A program made the translations under genes and the position numbers. From Gemmatimonadaceae bacterium (GTDB lineage Bacteria; Gemmatimonadota; Gemmatimonadetes; Gemmatimonadales; Gemmatimonadaceae): a stretch of 64,000 nt of DNA. Location of the stretch: contig JADGQU010000001.1 of assembly GCA_017881545.1 (NCBI GenBank), positions 32,484 to 96,483 on the forward strand. The letters are read 5' to 3'. Of the stretch, positions 46,724 to 54,313 are shown one piece after another; position 1 is the first letter of the stretch; each line of letters begins with the position of its first letter. The notes beneath the pieces are model-generated. The model had not been told where the DNA came from and ran no database searches. It saw only the letters and a program-made list of their open reading frames with translations.

Positions 46724-47623
46724 ATGAGCGAGCTGTACGACACACCCGAATCTCCGCGCATGACGCGCGCTGTTCAGTGGCTCTTGGCCTTGAACATCGG
46801 TGTGTATTTCCTGCAGCTGACGCTGTTTGGACCGGATGCGGTGTATTCAGCGCTCGCCCTGGATCCGGCCCGCTTCCCCGGCAACTGGTGGACGGTAGCG
46901 ACGTACATGTTCGTGCACGCGTGGCTCGCGCACCTCGCGTTCAACATGTTCACGCTCTGGATGTTCGGCCCCCGCCTCGAGCACGCGTGGGGAACCCGAA
47001 TGTTCGTCCAGTTTTATCTCTGGTGCGGTCTGGGTGGGGGGATCGCGCATTTGCTTTTTGCGCAGCATTCATCGGTCATCGGTGCCTCGGGCGCTATCAG
47101 CGGAGTGCTCGTTGCATACGCGCTCCGGTGGCCCGACGAAGAGGTCTATCTTTTCGGCGTCATTCCAATGAAATCCCGCTGGCTGATCCTGGCGCTGCTC
47201 GTGATGAACATCATCTTCGCCCTGTCGCCGGGCTCACGGATCGACTGGACGGCCCACCTCGGCGGCATGGCGTTCGGGTGGATCTTTCTCAAGCTCTACT
47301 CGATGGGTGGAATCAATCGGGTGAGGGGCTGGGTTTCAGCCGTTCCGGATGAATCAGAGGACATGCCGCGGGCCGTTCCGCGCGGCAGGCCGCCGATGCG
47401 CGATCGTTCCAGCGGAGTGGACGAAGTGGTTGAGCGCAGCAACGCGGTGATTCTTCGCGAGAGCAAGCCGCTGCAACACGTGCCGAGACAGGAAACGACC
47501 AAGGAGTACGCAGCGCGGGTGAATCGCGTGCTCGACAAGATCTCGCAGCATGGAATCGAAAGCCTGACAAGAGACGAGCGGCGCCTGCTCGAGGAGATGT
47601 CGCGAAAGCTGCGCGACGAGTGA
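46724..47623 (+). CDS. Rhomboid intramembrane serine protease with a C-terminal helical (DUF6576-like) domain
   Basis: TYMF-x-H, H-x-x-FNM, GASG, AHLGG; C-terminal V-x-x-x-LDKIS-x-x-G-x-x-SLT-x-x-E. Confidence 0.92.
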   Translation: MSELYDTPESPRMTRAVQWLLALNIGVYFLQLTLFGPDAVYSALALDPARFPGNWWTVATYMFVHAWLAHLAFNMFTLWMFGPRLEHAWGTRMFVQFYLWCGLGGGIAHLLFAQHSSVIGASGAISGVLVAYALRWPDEEVYLFGVIPMKSRWLILALLVMNIIFALSPGSRIDWTAHLGGMAFGWIFLKLYSMGGINRVRGWVSAVPDESEDMPRAVPRGRPPMRDRSSGVDEVVERSNAVILRESKPLQHVPRQETTKEYAARVNRVLDKISQHGIESLTRDERRLLEEMSRKLRDE

Positions 47624-47704
47624 TAGCGACGCCGCTCTGAGTTGTGAGGCCTGGAGGCCTCACCGCGGATTGATCCGCGCAGGTCATGGGTGCATCGTTC
47701 GAGG

Positions 47705-48109
47705 ATGCCAAAGCCAGAGCTCCTCGAGTCTTTCGACAATCCTTACGCCAACCGTGACTACGAGATCCACATGGATTGCTCCGAGTTCACATCCCTTTGT
47801 CCGCTCGGCGGCATCGAGAGCGACGCGGAGGAGCTCGCGCTGCTCACGGGAGGGGCACCCGATTTTGGAACGATTCGCATCACGTATGTTCCAGCGGCGA
47901 AGTGCCTCGAGCTGAAAAGCCTCAAGCTCTATTTATGGAGCTACAGAAACGACGGGATCTTCTACGAGCGCGCGGTCAACCGCATTCTGGACGATCTGGT
48001 CGCGGCCTCAAAGCCGAAATGGATGCGCGTCGTCGGTGACTTCAACGTTCGTGGCGGCGTGAAGTCGGTAATCACCGCAACTCACGGCAAGGCGCCATCG
48101 TCAAAGTAG
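47705..48109 (+). CDS. queF: NADPH-dependent preQ0 reductase QueF (type I)
   Basis: EFTSLCP...PDFG, QueF motif ELKSLKLYL, F-x-x-RGG. Confidence 0.9.
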   Translation: MPKPELLESFDNPYANRDYEIHMDCSEFTSLCPLGGIESDAEELALLTGGAPDFGTIRITYVPAAKCLELKSLKLYLWSYRNDGIFYERAVNRILDDLVAASKPKWMRVVGDFNVRGGVKSVITATHGKAPSSK

Positions 48110-48173
48110 CTCGCGCGGTTGATAACGAGCACAGAGGCGTTTTAATTGTTGCATCCGGACGCGAGTCCGATTC

Positions 48174-48246
<73 letters not shown>

Positions 48247-48252
48247 CTCTGC

Positions 48253-50505
48253 TCAAGTCCCTCCAGAAAGGGTTGTTGCAAGTCCGCTGATGAGCGTTGC
48301 CTCACGGTCGATCGCGGCGGCGGCGCGAGCAATCTCGCGATCAGCATCCTGCCACTGCCCCTGCTCGATCGCTTCGCGAACTCCTGGTATCGTCTTCACT
48401 CCGTAGCCCGTGTAAAAGCCGGGTGCGTAGAGCATGTGGACGTACCACGGCCTGTTCTTAAGTCCGTCCGGCGACGTGAGTGCGCGCTCCGCCTGAATCA
48501 GCCGGTCGTTCACACCCTTCGCGACAGCGGTGCGTCCTTCACTCACGGCGCGACTGTACGCTTTGTCATAACGCGAGGCTGCGTGGTTGAGGGAATCGTG
48601 CGCGTTGAGCAGAGGCGCAAAATTGAGCTGTGGCGCAGCCTGCTGACGTTGCGGCGCTGTCACCGGATCGCGCGGGTCGCTCGCCAGCTTGAACACACCA
48701 TCATCGATCTGTTTGTTGCGCTCGGAAATCTGTTCCGCGCGTCTGTCGCGGAGGGACTGAAGATCCTTGACGTACGTCTGGATGGTTTCCGCGAGATTTG
48801 TGAAGGCGAACGGAAGCAGATCAGCGTTCGCGAGACGCAGCACCGTGATGCCACCGGTTTGTGCGAGTGCGCGGCCGTAGACAAAGGAGGTGTCGCTGAA
48901 ATGCGTGAACCAATAGAAGTCGTCGTAAATCGAATGGTAGATCCCGCCTTGATCCTCGCCGCCGTATCCAATGTCGAGCGATGCAACGCCCAGGTGATCG
49001 ATGAAAGACGAGTAATCCGATCCCGAGCCGAGGGCGCTGATCCGGAGATCCTCGCGATCGCGAATATCCTTGCGGACATCCGTGGATCCGTTGAGGAGCT
49101 GCGATGCCTGCATTCGCTTCCAGGCGCTCACTCCTGTTTCGGGATCTTCGACATCCATCGCGACGCCATTGATGAATTTCTCCAGGGTGTGTGATCCGGA
49201 GACGCCGAGGAATCCTCTGCCGTTGCCATCGCTGTTCACGTAGGCGACAGCATGCGCCTTGAGCTCGTCGGCGTGCGTCTCCGCCCACTCGGTCGACCCC
49301 AACAGCCCTGGCTCTTCGCCGTCCCAGGCGGCGTAGATGATGGTGCGCTTCGGCCGCCAGCCCTGCTTGTACAGCGCGCCCAACGCGCGCGCTTCCTCGA
49401 GCTCGGCCACGAGCCCCGATATCGGATCCTCGGCGCCATTCACCCATGCGTCATGGTGGTTGCCGCGAATGATCCACTGGTCCGCTTCGGCGGTGCCGGC
49501 GAGTCTGGCGATTACATCGTAGAGAGTCTTCATGCCCCAGTCAGATTTGACGCGGAGATGGACGCGCGCGGGCCCCGCGCCAAGCCGATAGGTGATGGGA
49601 AGTCCACCGCGCCACGCGGATGGAGCCGCGGGACCTCCGAGAGCCGCGAGCAACGGCCGGGCATCGCCATAGGAAATGGGCAGCACCGGGATTTTGGTGA
49701 TGGTGGTAGCCTGCGCGACGGTGAGGCGTTTCGCGTCCTTCGTTGCACCGACTCCCGGGGTCAGAGGATCGCCTGGATAGACAGGCATGTCCGCGACGGA
49801 GCCGCGCTGAACTCCCTGGGGTGGACGCATCGGCCCTTTGGGGAAGACGTCGCCACCGGCGTATCCATCGTCTCCCGGGTCCGAGTAGATCAGGCACCCG
49901 ATCGCTCCGTGCTCGGCGGCCACCTTGGGTTTGATACCACGCCACGAACCGCCGTATTTGGCGATCACGATCGCGCCCTTGACCGAAACGCCGCGCTGCT
50001 CCAGCTCCTCGTAATCGGCGGGCACTCCATAGTTGACGAAAACGAGGGGACCGGTGACATCGCCATCGATGGAATAGGCGTTGTATGAGGGCAGTTGTTC
50101 GGACTGCTGATTTGATGTCGGGTCCTCAGGGAGCGCCGTTTCCTGGAGGGATGCCTTGAAGGTCGTCGGAGCAACGAGCTCGACGACGCGTTCGACCGGA
50201 GTTGGAAAGAGAACGTCGAAGTTCTCGATGTGCGCATCCCATCCGTATGACTTGAACTGATTGAGAATCCACTCGGCGTTGTCCCGGTCGTAAGGGGAGC
50301 CGACGTGATGCGGGTGCGCGCTCAGCCGGCGCATGGCTTCTCTCATGCGGGCCGGATCTGGCATCGTCTTGAATCGTGCCTCCAGATCGCGTTGTGCCTG
50401 AACGGATTGCGGGAAGAATCCGCGTAACGGTACGTCGGCCGGCGATGGCGCGAGAACGAAACCAGTTGCCGAAATCAGGAGCGAGGAGAGCAGCGTGCGC
50501 ATCAA
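48253..50505 (-). CDS. M28 peptidase, glutamate carboxypeptidase II/PSMA-like (PA + TfR dimerisation domains)
   Basis: Signal peptide; PHHVGS, NYG, QRGS, GNHHDAW, GA-x-DP-x-SG, WDGEE-x-GL-x-GSTEW, GSGSD, YHS-x-YD. Confidence 0.92.
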   Translation of the reverse strand: MMRTLLSSLLISATGFVLAPSPADVPLRGFFPQSVQAQRDLEARFKTMPDPARMREAMRRLSAHPHHVGSPYDRDNAEWILNQFKSYGWDAHIENFDVLFPTPVERVVELVAPTTFKASLQETALPEDPTSNQQSEQLPSYNAYSIDGDVTGPLVFVNYGVPADYEELEQRGVSVKGAIVIAKYGGSWRGIKPKVAAEHGAIGCLIYSDPGDDGYAGGDVFPKGPMRPPQGVQRGSVADMPVYPGDPLTPGVGATKDAKRLTVAQATTITKIPVLPISYGDARPLLAALGGPAAPSAWRGGLPITYRLGAGPARVHLRVKSDWGMKTLYDVIARLAGTAEADQWIIRGNHHDAWVNGAEDPISGLVAELEEARALGALYKQGWRPKRTIIYAAWDGEEPGLLGSTEWAETHADELKAHAVAYVNSDGNGRGFLGVSGSHTLEKFINGVAMDVEDPETGVSAWKRMQASQLLNGSTDVRKDIRDREDLRISALGSGSDYSSFIDHLGVASLDIGYGGEDQGGIYHSIYDDFYWFTHFSDTSFVYGRALAQTGGITVLRLANADLLPFAFTNLAETIQTYVKDLQSLRDRRAEQISERNKQIDDGVFKLASDPRDPVTAPQRQQAAPQLNFAPLLNAHDSLNHAASRYDKAYSRAVSEGRTAVAKGVNDRLIQAERALTSPDGLKNRPWYVHMLYAPGFYTGYGVKTIPGVREAIEQGQWQDADREIARAAAAIDREATLISGLATTLSGGT

Positions 50506-50558
50506 TGGGTCTCCACTAGTAGGAAGTGATCTCGGTGGGAGCAGAAGGAAGCTCGTGT

Positions 50559-50593
50559 AAAAAAAAAGACGCTGGAATTTACTCCGCGTCTTT
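50559..50593 (-). terminator. Intrinsic terminator downstream of the HxlR gene
   Basis: Minus strand AAAGACGCGGAG-taaa-TTCCAGCGTC followed by a run of 9 T. Confidence 0.75.
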
Positions 50594-50622
50594 CAATTCG
50601 GTCACGCAAGTCCGGTTTTGCG

Positions 50623-51039
50623 TCATGCACGTCTGGTTTTGCGCCCGCGCGACGTGGGATGGCGCTTACCGGCGTTCGATTCGGTGGCTGTCGTTTTGAT
50701 CTCATGATTGTCGAGCGGAATCCACCGTTCGGCCCAGTTGCCGATCTCTCGCAGCGCATCCTGGAGCTCGCGTCCTTTGGGGGTCAGCGCGTACTCAACG
50801 CGCACAGGACTATCCGGGATCACAACCCGGACTACCAGACCCTCTTCCTCGAGCGAACGAAGCCGCTCCGACAGCATTCGATCGGTGATGTCGGGAATCG
50901 CGCCTTTGACGGCCGCGTAGCGTGTTTTCCCCTGGAGCAGGGTCTGGAGGATGGCGCCTGTCCAACGGCTGCCGATGAGCTCGATGGCCCGGTGGAAGCG
51001 GGAGCAGACCTGGGCCGTATGTGGGGAAGAATCGGGCAT
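50623..51039 (-). CDS. HxlR/DUF24-family transcriptional regulator
   Basis: C...LIG-x-x-W, I-x-x-x-MLS-x-RL-x-x-LE, P-x-RVEY-x-LT-x-x-G. Confidence 0.92.
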   Translation of the reverse strand: MPDSSPHTAQVCSRFHRAIELIGSRWTGAILQTLLQGKTRYAAVKGAIPDITDRMLSERLRSLEEEGLVVRVVIPDSPVRVEYALTPKGRELQDALREIGNWAERWIPLDNHEIKTTATESNAGKRHPTSRGRKTRRA

Positions 51040-51064
51040 GAAGGAAGTTTACGAATGTGGCTGC

Positions 51065-51111
51065 TTGACACAACTTACTTACTAAAGTATACTAGCATAC
51101 TCATAGTAAGT
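51065..51111 (+). promoter_or_regulatory. sigma70 promoter of yceI overlapped by a candidate HxlR operator
   Basis: TTGACA(51065-51070)-N17-TATACT(51088-51093); inverted ends ACTTAC (51073) ... GTAAGT (51111). Confidence 0.75.
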
Positions 51112-51180
51112 CCAGAGCTGTGGGCCAATCAATGAAAGGCTCAACTGACTCAAACCGCGCAAGATTCGAGAGGAAAAGCG

Positions 51181-51744
51181 ATGACCGCAACAGCACAGCC
51201 GGCTCCGGCAGCCGGAGCCAAGACAGCATGGAAGCTCGACCCGACCCACAGCATAGTCGAGTTTTCCGCCAAGCACCTGATGATCACGACCGTGAAGGGA
51301 CGTATCAGCGATGTCGAAGGCACGATCTACACGAACGAAACGGATCCGAAGAGTTCTTCGGTTGAAGCGACTCTGAAAGCGACGAGCATCGACACGCGGA
51401 CGGATCAGCGGGACCAGCACCTGCGGTCGGCCGATTTTCTGAACGTCGAGAAGTATCCGGAGATCAGATTTCGGAGCACGCGTATCGAAGGTGGGAAAGA
51501 GGAGTTCAAGCTCACCGGCGATCTCACGATTCGCGATGTGACCAAGCCGATCACTCTCGATGTCCAGTTCGAGGGCCAGACGAAGGATCCGTGGGGTGGG
51601 CAGCGCGTGGGATTCAGCGCGAAGGGTAAGATCGATCGAAGAGATTGGGGTCTGACCTGGAACCAGGCGCTGGAGGCAGGCGGTGTGGTGGTAGGGAATG
51701 ACATCAAGATCGAACTCGAGGTTCAGGCCGTCAGGGTGGACTAA
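51181..51744 (+). CDS. YceI-family polyisoprenoid-binding protein
   Basis: W-x-LD-x-x-HS-x-x-x-F, SIDT...RD-x-HLRS-x-DF, GDLTI, DPWG. Confidence 0.94.
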   Translation: MTATAQPAPAAGAKTAWKLDPTHSIVEFSAKHLMITTVKGRISDVEGTIYTNETDPKSSSVEATLKATSIDTRTDQRDQHLRSADFLNVEKYPEIRFRSTRIEGGKEEFKLTGDLTIRDVTKPITLDVQFEGQTKDPWGGQRVGFSAKGKIDRRDWGLTWNQALEAGGVVVGNDIKIELEVQAVRVD

Positions 51745-51771
51745 AGAGTTTGCTGCGTTACATAAGGAACT

Positions 51772-51817
51772 AACACAAAGCGGGTGCGCGGGTGCCGTGC
51801 ACCCGCTTTGTGTGTTG
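51772..51817 (+). terminator. Stem-loop/terminator after yceI
   Basis: ACACAAAGCGGGTGC...GCACCCGCTTTGTGT. Confidence 0.7.
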
Positions 51818-51919
51818 GGGGGTACTTTGAACCGCGAGTGTCTAAAGCAAGAGACACAAGGTGATCGACGCGAGGAGTGAGTTACCACGGTGAGCAGATC
51901 CTTTCTTCCGGAATAGCCT

Positions 51920-52846
51920 GTGACGACGATTCGATTCCAGGTCCTGGCCGCGGGATTATTTCAGCTGGCGCAAGCCGGACCTGCTCGTCCGCCGCAATTA
52001 GTTAGACACGTATCAAACTCGTCAACGGAGGCCCAGCGTGATGTATTCGTAGTCGCGCACCAGGACGACTGGCAACTCTTCATGGGAGACGTCGTTGCGA
52101 AAAAGGTCAGGGCTGGTGACGCGGCGACCTTCATCTATCTCACAGCCGGCGACGACGGGCGGGATTCTCTCTACTGGCAAACGCGTGAACGGGCAGCGCT
52201 ACAATCGACGCGTCTCGTCATCGGCGCAAATTCGGCTGACTCCGCCGCCGTCAGGTGCTCGACCACAGAAGTGCTCGACCACTTCATTCGCAAATGCGTG
52301 ATCGCCAATACCGAGTCCTACTTTCTCCGACTACCGGATGGGAAGAGAAATGGCGGTGGCTTCGCCCGTCATGACTATCAGAGCCTCAGGAAGCTTCGCG
52401 AGAAAAGAGTCACGGCCATAAACGCAATCGACGGGAGTACCGGCTATCGGGGATGGGGAGATCTCATTGCCACCACGAACGCACTCGTCGGTTCGGAATC
52501 AGGCACCGCTGATATCGTAGTTCACGCGAGTGATCCGAGCATCGCCGCGAATCCGCACGACCACTTCGATCACCGAATGGCGGGACTCCTCGTGAATGAT
52601 CTGCGCAAAAAGCAGAAATGGAACGCTCAGTACTACGTGGGCTACGCACTCGCGACGCGGGCCGCCAATCGATCAGCTGATCAGGCACGCGAGAAGACAG
52701 CGATCTTCCTGGCCTACGACAGGGAAATGATGAAGGTCAACAAGGCGTGGAGCGCATACGGGGAGCATCCGGCGTTCTATTCCGAATGTATGCTTCGTAC
52801 ATATGCGCGGAAGGCCAGAGTTTCCGTATCAGGGGTTCACCCGTAG
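51920..52846 (+). CDS. PIG-L/LmbE-family deacetylase, probably exported
   Basis: VAHQDD, YLTAGD, RE-x-x-A, LPDG, H-x-DH. Confidence 0.82.
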   Translation: MTTIRFQVLAAGLFQLAQAGPARPPQLVRHVSNSSTEAQRDVFVVAHQDDWQLFMGDVVAKKVRAGDAATFIYLTAGDDGRDSLYWQTRERAALQSTRLVIGANSADSAAVRCSTTEVLDHFIRKCVIANTESYFLRLPDGKRNGGGFARHDYQSLRKLREKRVTAINAIDGSTGYRGWGDLIATTNALVGSESGTADIVVHASDPSIAANPHDHFDHRMAGLLVNDLRKKQKWNAQYYVGYALATRAANRSADQAREKTAIFLAYDREMMKVNKAWSAYGEHPAFYSECMLRTYARKARVSVSGVHP

Positions 52847-52886
52847 CTTAGTCGCTCACCACGAGTTTTTCCGAACAGGAGCAACA

Positions 52887-53750
52887 ATGGGTCGAGGTCT
52901 GTTCATCGGAGTGCTGCTTGTCGCCGGGTTTCGAGAAGCGACTGCGCAGTGCAGGGTAAAGATCGGCAGCAACGAAGGGAGACTCCTCGCTTTCTACACG
53001 GCGCCGATAGTGTTTTCCATGGCGACTGCTCCTGAGGTGCTCCCACCCGGCACCATCAGGATTGGCGCGGAGGCGGAATACATTCCAAAACCAAACTCCG
53101 CTATCGAGCAGACAGGGCTGTGCTTCACCCAGAAGAGCGAGCAGACTTCGCTCTCTCCCGTGTTCGGGCGGCCCAGGATCACGGTCGGCGGTCCATTCGG
53201 CTTTTCCCTCGAGGCCGCATACCTTCCTCCAGTAACGATCGCGCGAGCTACGCCAAATCTCTTCAGCTTTGCCGTCTCGCGAACCCACCATGTCGCGCGC
53301 GGTCCCCTTTCCAATGGAACGACCCTCATGCTTCGGGTGCATGGCACCTTCGGAAACGTCAAAGGCGCAATAACCTGCTCCCAGTCGCAGCTTCAGCAGG
53401 CGTCGTCCATCATGCCCTGTTACGGCACGCGTCCATCGAAGGACACATTCCATCCCGACATGTTCGGGGGCGAAGTTGCCGCAGGGTTTGCCCCGGGGGT
53501 CCGCGGGATCTCATTCTACGGTGGCGCGGGCATAAACAGAATCGACCCCCACTTCCAGGTCGGGTTCACCGACCTGAACGGTACGCTCGACAGGACCCAG
53601 GTCGAGCTCGACAAGCCTGCCTACCGTGCCGCGATCTTTGGGGGCGTCACCGCTGTCCTTCGGCAGGTTTTGGATGTTGGAGCCCAGATCTATTCGGTAC
53701 CATCCGACGCTACTCTGTTCCGGCTGATGGGGGGCGTCCGAATTCGTTAG
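52887..53750 (+). CDS. Hypothetical exported protein, possible outer-membrane beta-barrel
   Basis: Signal peptide after AGGAG; alternating Gly/aromatic strands; terminal strand FRLMGGVRIR; four Cys. Confidence 0.6.
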   Translation: MGRGLFIGVLLVAGFREATAQCRVKIGSNEGRLLAFYTAPIVFSMATAPEVLPPGTIRIGAEAEYIPKPNSAIEQTGLCFTQKSEQTSLSPVFGRPRITVGGPFGFSLEAAYLPPVTIARATPNLFSFAVSRTHHVARGPLSNGTTLMLRVHGTFGNVKGAITCSQSQLQQASSIMPCYGTRPSKDTFHPDMFGGEVAAGFAPGVRGISFYGGAGINRIDPHFQVGFTDLNGTLDRTQVELDKPAYRAAIFGGVTAVLRQVLDVGAQIYSVPSDATLFRLMGGVRIR

Positions 53751-53909
53751 GCCCCGCCACAGTGGGGCAACGGCAAGTCATGCGTCGAGAATTGTCTCGA
53801 GAATGTCAGGATCCGTGGGAATGGTGAAGGCCCGAAGCCTGTGCGGCTCACGCGATTGATAATCTCTGGCGCCCGGCCAAAGCATCGCTTAGATATTCCC
53901 CAGGAACAA

Positions 53910-54245
53910 ATGTCCACCTTTCGCAAACAAGTGAAGGAGTGGGGAAAAACCATTGCCCAACCATCTGTGAGCCGACTGTCAGAGAGCACCATGAATGAGC
54001 TGCGGACAGCGCTTACGGAACAGCTCAAACAGCCCGACGGTCCGACGCCGGAGATCGCAGATATTCTAAAAAAAATCAGCAGGGAGGCGCGCCAGAACAA
54101 CATTCCTCCCGAAGAGCTCATTGTAATTTTCAAGGAGCTGTGGAACTCCCTCGCCGAATCATTGCGCCCGCAGAATGCGGATCAATACGAACGCGTCCGC
54201 CAACGCCTGGTGACTCTCTGCATCCAGGCGTATTACGCCGAGTAG
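53910..54245 (+). CDS. Small helical hypothetical protein
   Basis: AGGA Shine-Dalgarno before ATG 53910; EAR...PEELIVIFK...LVTLCIQAYY; co-oriented upstream of the glucan synthase. Confidence 0.7.
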   Translation: MSTFRKQVKEWGKTIAQPSVSRLSESTMNELRTALTEQLKQPDGPTPEIADILKKISREARQNNIPPEELIVIFKELWNSLAESLRPQNADQYERVRQRLVTLCIQAYYAE

Positions 54246-54313
54246 ATAAAACGGGATATCTTGCGGGCGTGCCCCACCCGAGAGCGGCATACCTCTGGCG
54301 TTGAGTAAGTGAC

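Noticed and set aside
50559-50567. A9 homopolymer as a phase-variation tract
   Set aside because: Better explained as the U-tract of the minus-strand hxlR terminator.
54284-54300. GG-N10-GC upstream of cgs (CGGCATACCTCTGGCG) as a sigma54 promoter
   Set aside because: Poor match at -12 (TGGC instead of TTGC) and no IHF/UAS context; likely chance in GC-rich DNA.
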